Assembly: GCA_963422265.1 (NCBI GenBank) | Contig: OY729416.1 | Coordinates: 992,001 to 1,056,000 of the forward strand | DNA length: 64,000 bases | From: Thermodesulfobacteriota bacterium | GTDB taxonomy: Bacteria; Desulfobacterota_D; UBA1144; Nemesobacterales; UBA2774 | Direction: 5' to 3' | In this document: positions 1 to 9,657 of the stretch, piece by piece | Layout of the letters: the number at the start of each line of letters is the position of its first letter | How positions within the stretch are numbered: position 1 is the stretch's first letter | Translations under genes and position numbers: made by a program | Notes under the pieces: generated by a model | Told to the model about the DNA's origin: nothing | Databases searched by the model: none | Seen by the model: the letters and a program-made list of their open reading frames with translations, nothing else

Positions 1-1355
1 TTGTCAAAATGCAGTCTCTCAACAATCGTTCCTTCTTCTCGTTGATTAAATACGTAGGCACTAACTTCTTCCTCTTCCAATTTCGTTAATTTGCTACCGT
101 GTTTGGTTGCCGTCAATTTTGAAGAGCGAACATGGTTCGCAAGTTGATCCAGAAAATAGTCGCTGTGCGTTGTTACCATAACCCGAACGCCTGCACGGAC
201 TAAACTAACAACGGTTCTCGCGATGCCTCTTTGGGCTTCAGGATGTAGGTGCGCTTCTGGTTCTTCAATAATCAGCAAATCCCCTTTCTTTACTTTGTAT
301 CTAAGAAAGAGAACAACGGGAGCTAGTTCTGAAACCATCGATGAGGAATGCACCAATGGAACTTTAAGTGTTTTCTGCTTATATGAAAATTGCGGATATT
401 GGGTCGCTTCTGAAACTTCTGTTTTAATGGAACCATGAAGTATTTTTTTTTCTATCTCGTCCGCCACTGCTGCCACATCGGGATCAAGAATGTGCGAAGT
501 ATCTATATGTATAATTTCTTCTAAAAAGTCAGATACAATCCCCCTCAAAGGAGGAGAAGTAAGTTGTGATGGGAGAGCAGTTTGTTTTATAAGCGTTCTG
601 GTTATAAACTGTTGGGTTTCCACAAGTCCGGTCCTTCCCGCTGGTAGGCAGAAAGGTTTTGCCTGAGTGATAGAACTAAAAATCTCTTCTGATATCTGTT
701 CAAGGAGCTGACATAGTTTTCTTTCAATTTCTCTTTCGGAACGCATGTCTCTCGGTAAATCTCTCAACCTTATTTCAGAGCTACTCAGATAGTTCTTGTT
801 CACATGGGGAGTTAAGTCATTTGAATTAAGCGTAAGCGTAAAACCTTGTTCATCGTTTTCCATCTCAAGGCTAAACTTATCACTCAAGAAATTAAGATTG
901 AATTTATCACTCAAGAGACTTTTCCCGTGATAAATGCCCATGCAACGAGAAATCTCTATGTGGAACTTATAATTTACTGCCATTTTTATCCCTTCCTTGG
1001 TCCAGCTTTTAATCCCTTCAGGCAAATCCGACAATTTGACGCTTTTTATATCTCCTTTTAACAACTTTATTAGCCAATTATCTATATTTTCGGGTGCAAT
1101 CCCAACTTCTGTTTCTATACTTATAGTTTCTACTAATCCTTCCCCTATTGGACTACAACCACATATAAATAAGGGGAGAAAATTGAGATTCTCAAAAGAA
1201 TGAAACAAAGAATAAATAAGCACTGCAAGATACGACTTGCCCGTATTGCTTGGACCAATAAAAACCGTCAGCGGACAAAGCTCAATATCTATTGCCTCCT
1301 TAATGGGTCCGTAATTCCTAACAGAAATTTTCACGTTGCTTTTTGGCGTTTCCAT
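1..1355 (-). CDS. AAA/ABC-type ATPase (AAA_15/AAA_21-like), 3' end runs off the window
   Basis: Manual translation from ATG at 1355: METPKSNVKISVRNYGPI...GPSNTGKS (Walker A), LLIIEEPEAHLHP (Walker B/D-loop), TTHSDY (H-loop). Absent from the ORF track because it is truncated. Confidence 0.85.
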   Translation of the reverse strand, partial: METPKSNVKISVRNYGPIKEAIDIELCPLTVFIGPSNTGKSYLAVLIYSLFHSFENLNFLPLFICGCSPIGEGLVETISIETEVGIAPENIDNWLIKLLKGDIKSVKLSDLPEGIKSWTKEGIKMAVNYKFHIEISRCMGIYHGKSLLSDKFNLNFLSDKFSLEMENDEQGFTLTLNSNDLTPHVNKNYLSSSEIRLRDLPRDMRSEREIERKLCQLLEQISEEIFSSITQAKPFCLPAGRTGLVETQQFITRTLIKQTALPSQLTSPPLRGIVSDFLEEIIHIDTSHILDPDVAAVADEIEKKILHGSIKTEVSEATQYPQFSYKQKTLKVPLVHSSSMVSELAPVVLFLRYKVKKGDLLIIEEPEAHLHPEAQRGIARTVVSLVRAGVRVMVTTHSDYFLDQLANHVRSSKLTATKHGSKLTKLEEEEVSAYVFNQREEGTIVERLHFD

Positions 1356-1398
1356 AATTCTATCTCTCCGACTACGTTACCTCAAACATACTCAAACT

Positions 1399-2121
1399 CT
1401 AGTGCATAGTAACGTATCTTTCAATGTTTTTTGCAATAGGATCCCTTGACGCAATGGAACTGACTTGAGACCCTCCAATATTTGCATCCATTAACCTGCT
1501 CAAGTGTCTAGGGGGAAGTTCTTCCTGGTCATTGAAAATAAGCAATATTGGTGTTTTACTATTATGAAGCAAAAGATGTTGTAAGGTTATAGTGACCAAT
1601 TTCGCTTTGTCCGCACCTAGAATGCCAAATAGAAACAGGAGTGTTTTCTCTTCGTTCTGTAATGAATAGTCAATAACGTAATTATCGGCGTTTTCTAAAT
1701 CCGGAACTACATAATCTTTTTCTAATTGGAGAATAGGGTGCTTACTGATAATTTGATTCAGTAATTCTTCCAAATCTTTGTAAAAAGTTACTTCGGGACG
1801 ATCTCTGTTGAGGTAGGACAAATCATAAACTTGGCTCAATGCTTGTCCTAAACGAAATATACCATCAGAAATTCTATCAACAGGGATTTCTACATAGAAG
1901 TTTCCATCTTCTTCTTGAATTTCATTTTCTCTTAGTATTTGCTCCATTAATTTTCCTTTATTGCCTTTGAAATACTTACTCACATCTGGAGTGTCATAGC
2001 TTAACCTCATAACAGTATTTGCTTCATCGCTAATGCGAATTTGTCCCTCGTCAACTTCCTTCAAATATATAGAGTAATGATCACCGTCCGGAGAAGAGAA
2101 CGGGGTCGAAATCATCAACAT
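1399..2121 (-). CDS. DUF1828/DUF1829-like protein
   Basis: ISTPF..PDGDHYSIYL...IRISD N-terminal pattern and nuclease-like C-terminal half. The frame stays open upstream to a TAG at 2200-2202, probably a lost TTG start. Confidence 0.7.
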   Translation of the reverse strand: MLMISTPFSSPDGDHYSIYLKEVDEGQIRISDEANTVMRLSYDTPDVSKYFKGNKGKLMEQILRENEIQEEDGNFYVEIPVDRISDGIFRLGQALSQVYDLSYLNRDRPEVTFYKDLEELLNQIISKHPILQLEKDYVVPDLENADNYVIDYSLQNEEKTLLFLFGILGADKAKLVTITLQHLLLHNSKTPILLIFNDQEELPPRHLSRLMDANIGGSQVSSIASRDPIAKNIERYVTMH

Positions 2122-2198
2122 GCCATTTTTGCGCTCTATCAGTTGAATATCGGTGCAGAGTTGTTGACGTAGTTCTTTCTGTAAGCTATCCTTGCTGA

Positions 2199-2681
2199 TC
2201 TAAGTATCGCCCCGCAAAGATCGCTTTGCGACCTGGTGTGCCATTTTATATTGTAGTCTTCAAATAGACACTTGAGTGCACCATTTACATCGGAATATCA
2301 GTCAGTAACCTGTGTGTTTTCATGTTCGGGACTTCTATCCCTTCTGTTTATGCTTTCAGAAGTTGCATGATGGATATGACATTCATAATGTGCTATTTTG
2401 TTTTCGTGATTGGGTCCGTTGTATCGAGACAGCCTTATGTTTTCCTTGTCCAGTATCATCACAATGCCGCATGAGAAGTTTTCTGGGTCTCTTTCGTTGA
2501 GCCGAGCAAAAACTTTCAGTAACAACTCCAAGAAAACTTCTTGCAAGAAATTTGCTTCCTTAAATTCAACATCAAAACTCCATTGCTTGCTCTGCTTTCG
2601 AATTTTAGGCGGCGTCTGTTTTATGTTTATGATTTTAGGAGTATCCTTTATCGAACCTAAAATTTTTTCTGACATCTCCAC
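2199..2681 (-). pseudogene. DUF1828 partner protein (RYNG..H..CHIH motif) with premature TGA at 2298-2300
   Basis: The frame continues after the stop as YSDVNGALKCLFEDYNI. It occupies the same position relative to DUF1828 as the gene at 44918-45364. Confidence 0.55.
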
Positions 2682-2683
2682 TA

Positions 2684-5600
2684 TTACACCTCCACCACCT
2701 TCAAACTCTCAATACCCCTATCATCTACTATTTTAACCGCGACTCTGCGGTTTTTGCCAAGCTCAAAAGGTAACGAGACTGTTCCCCTGTATGCCTCTAT
2801 CAATTCTTGGTCTATCTCGGCTTTCAGGTTTTTGGCAAGCCTTGTCCATCCACCTTTACTGTCCGCCATTGGAAAGAATACCTGACGTGGATAAAGACAT
2901 CTGCCATCATAGTCGGTGTCTAACATCCAGACTGCTATATTCTTTTCATCGCCGGATTCAAGTTTGCCGGTCTTGGTGTTGAAGTAGTCAAAGCCCCGGA
3001 TAGTGATTTGTGAATAGTTCTTAGTTGTCAGTTTTGAGTTTTGAGTCGGTAGTTTTAAGCCTTGAGCGATTTCTTCAAGCTGTAGAGTAACTTTGCTATC
3101 TCTTCGCAATTGCTCAGCAATTCCTTTAAGCTGGCTTCTCCCAGAAATCCCAAATTCCGAGAGATTATCAAAAAAGTCTCTAACTCGGCTAACGAACCCT
3201 GTGCTATCGAGAGAAATTGCAGAAATTCCTTTTTGCTTTGTCTCGCTTGTCCCTCCGCTATGTTTGCTGGGATAGAGGTTCCAGCCCTTCTCACTTGCGA
3301 GGTAATGCCATACTTCTCTTCCTTGGGAAAGGATGAGGTAGAGTAGTAAATCTTGTTGACTAAGCTGATTGACTTTCGCCAAACTATCAAGTCCCGATAA
3401 TTCCTTGAATACGTCATAACTTGCAATCTCCATATCACTAGAAACTAAAAACTCATAACTGCAGACTGCCACATCCGGTTGCCCGACCAGCCAGAAACTT
3501 TCATTGCTCGCGCGTTTTTTCTTCAGGTCATCGGTTTGCATATCGGCGTTCATTTGGACTTTGAGTAAAGTCATGCCAGTTTTTTCAGGCGACAACTCAT
3601 CAATGTCTTTTGCCGCTTCTGGATCAAATTGAAAGGCGGCAAAGATCAACATGCTCGGGCGCGGCATCAAAGTGCGCGCCTCTTCCCAGGCAAGCTCTAC
3701 CTGCCTCTGTTCAAGAGGGGCGTGTTCAGGACCGAATGAAATCACCGCGCGGTGCGGATTATACGCCGTTGCGGCTTCCTTGAATTCGTCCGATCCTGAA
3801 TCATCAGGTTTTGTTTCAGCTTCTGCGTGTAGCCAACGACAGGGGATGGGTTCGACGCGAGAGAAGGAAATATGCTGCCCGTTTTTGCCACGAATGCCGG
3901 TTTTCAGCAGTTCATCGCGCCATTCACTTTGGCGCAGGGTCTCGCCGGAGCGAGATAGAGAAGCGTCAGCTACTTCAACAGAAAGTCTTTCTCCCTCACC
4001 CTTAATCCCTCTCCCAGAAGGAGAGGGAAGCACATCGGAGATGGGTTGAACGGTTGGGGATGGAACAGCTTCTACGGTGAAAGGTCCGGTTACTCGGGCG
4101 CGTTTGTTGTCTTTCAGCGGCTGATCGTAAAGAGTTTCTGTTGCGGGAGGCTCATCATTGGCTATGGATTTCAAAGTAACGTGCGGAACTTTTTTATATT
4201 TAAAGCCACTGCCGACACCCTCATCAGGATACGCCAATTTGTAATAATCAAACGTAGCAGTCATCAACCTTTGCTTAGCGAGTGTAAGAGCCACGCGCGA
4301 GGTATCGCAGGTGATCCAGCGTCTGCCCCATTGCTCGGCAACGTAAGCAGTCGTGCCACTGCCACAGGTTGGGTCAAACACCAGATCGCCAGGGTCGGTG
4401 GTCATGAGGATGCAGCGTTCTATTACTTTAACTGCTGTTTGAACTACAAATATTTTTGTAGATTCGCCCCCTAACTTACTCCACATATTTGACAAAGGTG
4501 TTACTGGATAATCATCTAAGAAACGAACAAAACAAGGAAAAGATCCGCTTACTTCTATTCGGTTATGTTGCGTTAACCTGCTTAGCCCTTCAATGGTTGT
4601 TGTCCAATGAGTCCCTTTTCTGGGGTAATACTTTTTCCCTTCAAAACGAAAAACCTCTTCCTCTTTTCCAGATCCTTGACTACATATATCACTTAGCCTA
4701 TATAATCTTGAGCTTTCTGGGATAATACTAGGATTTTTTATTTCTTCCTTCGAGCATTTTCTACGTATGCCATCTGAATTTTCCAGTCGGTTGTACTGGT
4801 TAATACCAGCACCATGAGTTTTAGGCATAAACAATTGACGATATTTTCTTTTTGCGGACTTAATATCTTTTGAGTACCAAAGCAGAAAATCATAAATATT
4901 TCCGACAAAACTGGAAGCATCTTTTGCTGCTTGTGTAGTATATGTTATCTGTGCTACAAAATTCCTTACCCCAAACACCTCATCCATAATCTCCCGAATA
5001 TGATGCACGTTCTCGTCTGAAATCTGCACAAACACACTGCCGCTTTCCGTAAGCAATTCCCTTGCCAGCAGCAGACGGTCGCGCATATAGGAAAGGTAGG
5101 AGTGAATCCCCAGTTCCCAGGTATCACGGAATGCCTTGATAGTTTCAGGCTCTGTGGTCAAGTCTTCATCTTTACCGTCTTTGACATCACGCTTATTGAC
5201 AAATGGCTGAAAATTGCTGCCGTATTTGATGCCGTAGGGCGGGTCCATGTAAATGCACTGAACCCCCTGACTACCCCCCCCCCCCCCCCCCCCCCAATAT
5301 TTTCCTTTTGCAGCAGCGAGTTCATCACCAGTAGGGAGTCGCCCGCAACCAGTCGGTTTGTCCAGTTGTGGGAGTGTTGGTAAAACTCAATCTCCTGCCG
5401 AAGTGGAATTTCACGTTCTTGCTCAAAAAGAGGCAGTTGATTGCCGTCACCGTTTCCGTTGCGTTTTCTAACCGCTTCCACAATAGTGCGCGGGTCTATG
5501 CGGTCGTGGACGTGAAGCGATACGTTTGGCACTTCAAATGAAGTATGCTCGGCTTTCCCCGCCCATTGGAGTTGCGGGTCTAAGTGCGGATCGTAGGTAT

Positions 5601-5736
5601 AGGCCTTCTTGGCGCCCGTGTCGGGGTCAGTGTTTGGCGTTACAAGCCCTACCGGCGGGTTATTGACGCGCTGTTTGTCTCGATGTTCATAGGATTCAAT
5701 ATGTTGGCGTTTTGCCTTGGGCTTTTTCCGTGACAT
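2684..5736 (-). CDS. mod: Type III-like site-specific adenine DNA methyltransferase (Mod), frameshifted at a G22 tract
   Basis: 5' ORF (DPHLDPQLQWAGK, NRLVAGDSL) and 3' ORF (DPPY catalytic motif, DPTCGSGTT SAM motif, VKIVDDRGIESL C-terminus) join at the homopolymer. RBS GGAGGAG precedes ATG 5736. Confidence 0.9.
3001..3054. repeat. Heptamer repeat arm downstream of the four-helix-bundle gene
   Basis: Minus strand AACTACC GACTCAA AACTCAA AACTGAC AACTAAG AACTATT; complementary in pattern to the arm at 3436-3470. Confidence 0.75.
3055..3417 (-). CDS. Four-helix-bundle protein (23S rRNA IVS protein family) nested inside mod in another frame
   Basis: MTYSRNYRDLIVW...FPKEEKYGITSQVRRAGTSIPANIAEG...FLSIAQGSLAELET is a typical family sequence. 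GGAG lies about 10 nt upstream of ATG 3417. Confidence 0.92.
   Translation of the reverse strand: MTYSRNYRDLIVWRKSISLVNKIYYSTSSFPKEEKYGITSQVRRAGTSIPANIAEGQARQSKKEFLQFLSIAQGSLAELETFLIISRNLGFLGEASLKELLSNCEEIAKLLYSLKKSLKA
3436..3470. repeat. Heptamer repeat arm upstream of the four-helix-bundle gene
   Basis: Minus strand GGCAGTC TGCAGTT ATGAGTT TTTAGTT TCTAGTG; inverted relative to 3001-3054. Confidence 0.75.
3993..4028. repeat. Small palindromic CCCTCACCC..CTCTCCC..GGAGAGGG element, in frame in mod (PSPSGRGIKGEG)
   Basis: Related copies at about 5849-5870, 7168-7200, 42674-42708 and 43941-43974. Confidence 0.7.
5274..5295. repeat. C22 homopolymer (G22 on the mod coding strand)
   Basis: Counted directly. 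G20 or G23 would fuse ENIG(n) to SQGVQCIYMDPPY. Confidence 0.9.
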
Positions 5737-5758
5737 TAAGCTCCTCCTGCTAATCCTT
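5670..5758. repeat. 89-bp direct repeat (mod 5' end plus RBS), copy 1
   Basis: Identical to 7006-7094. Confidence 0.9.
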
Positions 5759-5896
5759 TATGAAAAAAGGGGATTTGGCGTTTCACATCTTGGGTTCTCA
5801 TTGATTAGTAATAGCTTGAGACTGCTATATAAAGACACACACTGCTGCTCTCTCCCAGAGGGGAGAGGGAGAAGGAAGTTGCAATTTTTACACGAT

Positions 5897-6058
5897 TCAC
5901 GGCTTTTTTGGTGGAGGCGTGTTAGTCCGCTTTTCTCCGCCGACTTCTATTTTGGGCTGGTACCCAATAAGTTGACCTTTTATGGGCTGGTACCCTTGGG
6001 TCCGGTACCCTGACTCGTGCCGTTTCTGCTGTTCATCCACAGACTTCTTCTTTATCAT
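5897..6058 (-). CDS. Small Lys/Pro-rich protein (53 aa) downstream of DUF6338
   Basis: AGGAG RBS; MIKKKSVDEQQKRHESGYRTQGYQPIKGQLIGYQPKIEVGGEKRTNTPPPKKP, with repeated GYQP. Confidence 0.55.
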   Translation of the reverse strand: MIKKKSVDEQQKRHESGYRTQGYQPIKGQLIGYQPKIEVGGEKRTNTPPPKKP

Positions 6059-6073
6059 TGTTTTTCTCCTTTG

Positions 6074-6664
6074 TTATTTACTAAATAGTTCTACTGAAAC
6101 CATCTCGCTTGACAATATAATTATACCCTTGGTTGAAGTTCTCACACGCTCGAATCCACCATCATCATTTAGCTTCCATGCTTCTTCTAAATACAACTGC
6201 TCATCGGCAGGGGCACTTGATGAAAAAGATTTTGAATCGTAGCTTCCCGCTATTTTCGTTCCATTCTTAAGCGTAACAATAATCCAATACGGTTCTCTTT
6301 TAGAGAATACATAATCCCAGGGTTTTTGGGTTGGATGTGGGACGCCTACGTTTTGAAAGAATCGGCTAGTTCTTATAGTTTTCCATAGAAAAACCCAAAT
6401 TACCGGCGCGATAAAAAGAACGAAAAGGCAAGTCAAGTAATATATAAATCCTTGTGAGCTTCTCAAATTATATGAGTTAAAGAAAACGACCAGCGGAGAC
6501 AGCAAAGCGTAGTTTATACAACTGTATGTTATAGCCTCAACAATTTGTTTTGATGACTCTGTTTTTTCAGATGGAAAAAACAACTCGTAGGCTCTCAAGC
6601 TTACGAAGCCTGGAATAACGAATGCTATAAAAAGTATTAGTTTATCTTGTTCCCATATATCCAT
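6074..6664 (-). CDS. DUF6338 family membrane protein
   Basis: FVIPGF N-terminus, about 3 TM segments, P..WDYVF...WIIVTLKNG..IAG motif. Confidence 0.75.
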   Translation of the reverse strand: MDIWEQDKLILFIAFVIPGFVSLRAYELFFPSEKTESSKQIVEAITYSCINYALLSPLVVFFNSYNLRSSQGFIYYLTCLFVLFIAPVIWVFLWKTIRTSRFFQNVGVPHPTQKPWDYVFSKREPYWIIVTLKNGTKIAGSYDSKSFSSSAPADEQLYLEEAWKLNDDGGFERVRTSTKGIIILSSEMVSVELFSK

Positions 6665-7005
6665 CTTCTTCCTCCCCGTTTACGCCCAATAAACTACAAG
6701 TAGGCACATTGCAATGTGCGCTTATTGAATTTTACTTCTTTTTGTAGTTATATAAATAGCAGAATAAGCAATACTCCCCAAGCAAGAAGGTGTAGGTTCA
6801 GCGCGTATATTAGATAAAAGAGAGTGGGAGAGAGAAAAAAGCGTTAATTGATTCCCCATAATTGCACGGCTATACCCGCATGTTTTCTTTGTCTTGATTC
6901 AATTACATTGTGCTCCCCATTCGAAATACTCACCTACGTTTTTGTTAATAGCGTAATTGGTGTGAGACAAGATCTCTTTTTTCTTCTCAAATGGCTGTTG
7001 ACCTA

Positions 7006-7094
7006 GCTGTTTGTCTCGATGTTCATAGGATTCAATATGTTGGCGTTTTGCCTTGGGCTTTTTCCGTGACATTAAGCTCCTCCTGCTAATCCTT
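7006..7094. repeat. 89-bp direct repeat (mod 5' end plus RBS), copy 2
   Basis: Identical to 5670-5758. Confidence 0.9.
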
Positions 7095-7198
7095 CTGTGA
7101 GAGATAATTTACACAATAAAAGCGTGTAATGGGTTATTTACATTTGTTAGAATTTGTTATAAGCATACCCTCACCCTTAATCCTTCTCCCAGAGGGAG

Positions 7199-7276
7199 AA
7201 AGAAAACGATCAGCGGAGACAACAACGCGTAGTTTATGCAATTGTATGTTATAGTCTCAACAATTTGTTTTGATGA
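7199..7276 (-). pseudogene. Diverged fragment of the DUF6338 gene
   Basis: Matches 6479-6556 with a few substitutions. Confidence 0.75.
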
Positions 7277-7279
7277 GAC

Positions 7280-7316
7280 AAAAAACCCGGGCTATCTATT
7301 AGCGGATAGCCCGGGT
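7280..7316 (-). terminator. Rho-independent terminator of the solute-binding protein gene
   Basis: ACCCGGGCTATC-loop-GATAGCCCGGGT followed by a T-run on the minus strand. Confidence 0.85.
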
Positions 7317-7385
7317 CTGAAAAATTTACAAATATAAATTCAGCAACCTCACCAACAATACTCGGCAGTTACTTCAAGGATGTTA

Positions 7386-8768
7386 TTATGGGTTTATTGG
7401 TGTTATTTCTCCGTCTTCAAGTTTAAATGTATCAGTTTTAACTTCCTCAGTATTCTGACCCTTCGTATAAACTTTGTAGAATCCATTGGTTATATCTCCA
7501 TTATCGTCAAAATCTATCGAACCTGAAATTCCATTGTAGTCAATGTCATCATTACTTTCATCACTATCAGTTAGAAAATCGACACACTCTTTGTATTCGG
7601 TACACTCTGTCCCATCCTTAGAAACCTTAATCATCTCAGAGACATATTCAGATGGATCCTTGCTACCTGCAGCTTTGGACGCCAAAGCCAAAAGCACTAC
7701 TGAATCATAAGTATGGGCAGCGTATTCAGTATTGTCTAATTTTTCTCCTAATTCGTTTTTCTTGTCTTCTAGACGTTTTCCAAATGCGCTTTTTTTCGCT
7801 GGATCACCAGTCCCTGTTAGAGATTTGAAACCAGTTTTAACTTCTTCTTCCTCACTCAGAAGATAACCATCGGCTGAATAGTATCTAGCTTGACCTAGAC
7901 TTGTTCCTGGATTTGGAATTCCACTTTCACTTTCCATAGCCTTTATGAGATTCTCTCCCTCATCAAAAACGAGAAGTATTATAGCGTCGGCGGCATTGAT
8001 GGTGTTGCCATTACTTCCGATATCCTTGATTTCTTCTATTACCGTGTCGAGCGTATCTTTATCGCTATCTTTTATCTTCCCATCTTCCCTGTTATCACCT
8101 TTCGCAGAATATGACGCACTCCCAATCAAAGTGAGTTTGTCATAACTAGCGATCTCTGTTTCTATCAATTTTGCCAACCCCGTACCCCATGCGTCATCAC
8201 GATAGACCATTGCTACTTTAACCTCGTTAACAGACCCAAAATCCTTTTTTATCTGTGTTATCATCATTGGCGCCATGTGAACATCTGATAAGGAAGTTCT
8301 GTAGTAATAAGGATATTCTCCAGTAATACCAAGATCACGATAATTTTTATTATAATCTGTGAACCTCGTCGCGGTATTTGAAGGCGATATCATAACGGTT
8401 TTACTCCTGACCACTGGGTCATACATAAGTGTAGAAACTCCAGAAGCGTAAGCTCCGAGGACAGCATGAACACCCATTTCCAAAAACTCATTAGCTGCTT
8501 TTTTACCCGTTTCGCTCTTTCCTTCACTATCCTTAAATAGGACCTTAATGTTTCCGCCAGCCTTATTAATATCGTCCTCCGCCAACAAAGCAGCTACCTT
8601 CATAGCACCAGAGGAACTTGAAGCTGCACCACTAATAGGTAAAACCGCTCCTATACAGAAAGCATCCCCACATGCAGATTCATCATCACTATCACAACCA
8701 AACATCAAAAAACCACTTAAAAGCAATACTGCAAACAAGAAACCCGAAAATAAACTTACCTTTCTCAT
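7386..8768 (-). CDS. ABC transporter substrate-binding lipoprotein (Leu/Ile/Val-binding type)
   Basis: Signal peptide with FGC lipobox; IGAVLPISG, DIN..GG, AAHTYD, GISGSIDFD motifs. Confidence 0.85.
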   Translation of the reverse strand: MRKVSLFSGFLFAVLLLSGFLMFGCDSDDESACGDAFCIGAVLPISGAASSSSGAMKVAALLAEDDINKAGGNIKVLFKDSEGKSETGKKAANEFLEMGVHAVLGAYASGVSTLMYDPVVRSKTVMISPSNTATRFTDYNKNYRDLGITGEYPYYYRTSLSDVHMAPMMITQIKKDFGSVNEVKVAMVYRDDAWGTGLAKLIETEIASYDKLTLIGSASYSAKGDNREDGKIKDSDKDTLDTVIEEIKDIGSNGNTINAADAIILLVFDEGENLIKAMESESGIPNPGTSLGQARYYSADGYLLSEEEEVKTGFKSLTGTGDPAKKSAFGKRLEDKKNELGEKLDNTEYAAHTYDSVVLLALASKAAGSKDPSEYVSEMIKVSKDGTECTEYKECVDFLTDSDESNDDIDYNGISGSIDFDDNGDITNGFYKVYTKGQNTEEVKTDTFKLEDGEITPINP

Positions 8769-8914
8769 CTAATTAAACCTCCTCTTGATCAGGTTAAAAC
8801 CTAATGGGTTATTATATCACACAATTTAACATCTGTAAAGAATATATATGATGGATTGTAGGAACAACCGGTTGTCCTTTATCTGACAAAGGGAGTACAG
8901 ATGGATTCCGAACC

Positions 8915-9607
8915 TTACAGCTTCAATTCAATAAAGGCTTCTGCATGCTTCATCTCTGTCAAGCCGTGCCTTTCATCAAAAACCGCTCTGTATCTGTTTA
9001 GCCCTAATATGCCATCGGTGTAGTTTTTATATTCAATCTGGCTCCTGTGCGTTTCTATAGCTCTAATCTTTAGATCAACGTATTGGGATATATCCTCTAT
9101 CCTGTTGTAGCTGTCAAAAGGAGTCCATACCTCGTAACACCAAATACCCAGAGTTGATAAATCTTTATTTGCTGATAATAAATCCTTCAACTCGCCCAGG
9201 GCGAGACGTGAAGCTATTCGATGGGTTGGATGTCTATCTGTTTCGGGGTGGGGCATATATATTTCCCTGGGCGTAAATTTTATAACCGCCTCTCTTAAAC
9301 CATTTCTGAAGCGGCGTTTATTCTCCTCACTTTTAAGATTGTGAAGCACTAAGGGGATCAGAAACTGAATGCCTAGCGTCAAGGCAGCTTTTCTAGCTTC
9401 TTGCAGTCTTGTTTCTGCTAATTCCTCTCTGCTGAGACCGCTAAGAGTAGTGCTTCCACTCCCGTCAGTGGCTACGAGCGACACTACTTCCACACCCCGT
9501 TCAATCAATTTAGCGACAGTGCCACCCATTCCTATTTCAAGATCATCAGGATGAGGAGATATAACAAGGACGCTATTGGTATCCATAGGTCTTTGATTCC
9601 TTGACAA
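8915..9607 (-). CDS. PIG-L/LmbE family deacetylase
   Basis: ISPHPDDLE, HP.H and H.SQ motifs. Confidence 0.9.
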   Translation of the reverse strand: MSRNQRPMDTNSVLVISPHPDDLEIGMGGTVAKLIERGVEVVSLVATDGSGSTTLSGLSREELAETRLQEARKAALTLGIQFLIPLVLHNLKSEENKRRFRNGLREAVIKFTPREIYMPHPETDRHPTHRIASRLALGELKDLLSANKDLSTLGIWCYEVWTPFDSYNRIEDISQYVDLKIRAIETHRSQIEYKNYTDGILGLNRYRAVFDERHGLTEMKHAEAFIELKL

Positions 9608-9657
9608 TTACACAGCATCAATCAGTGTATTAACTTAACTGAAAAGCGGCGTTTAGC

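Noticed and set aside
875-917. TTATCACTCAAGA direct repeat
   Set aside because: A short in-frame 27-bp duplication inside the ATPase with no further structure.
6700-6725. GTAG plus 16-bp palindrome (GCACATTGCAATGTGC); similar GTAG hairpins near 8858 and 55019
   Set aside because: REP-like, but the copies differ from each other and no RAYT gene is present.
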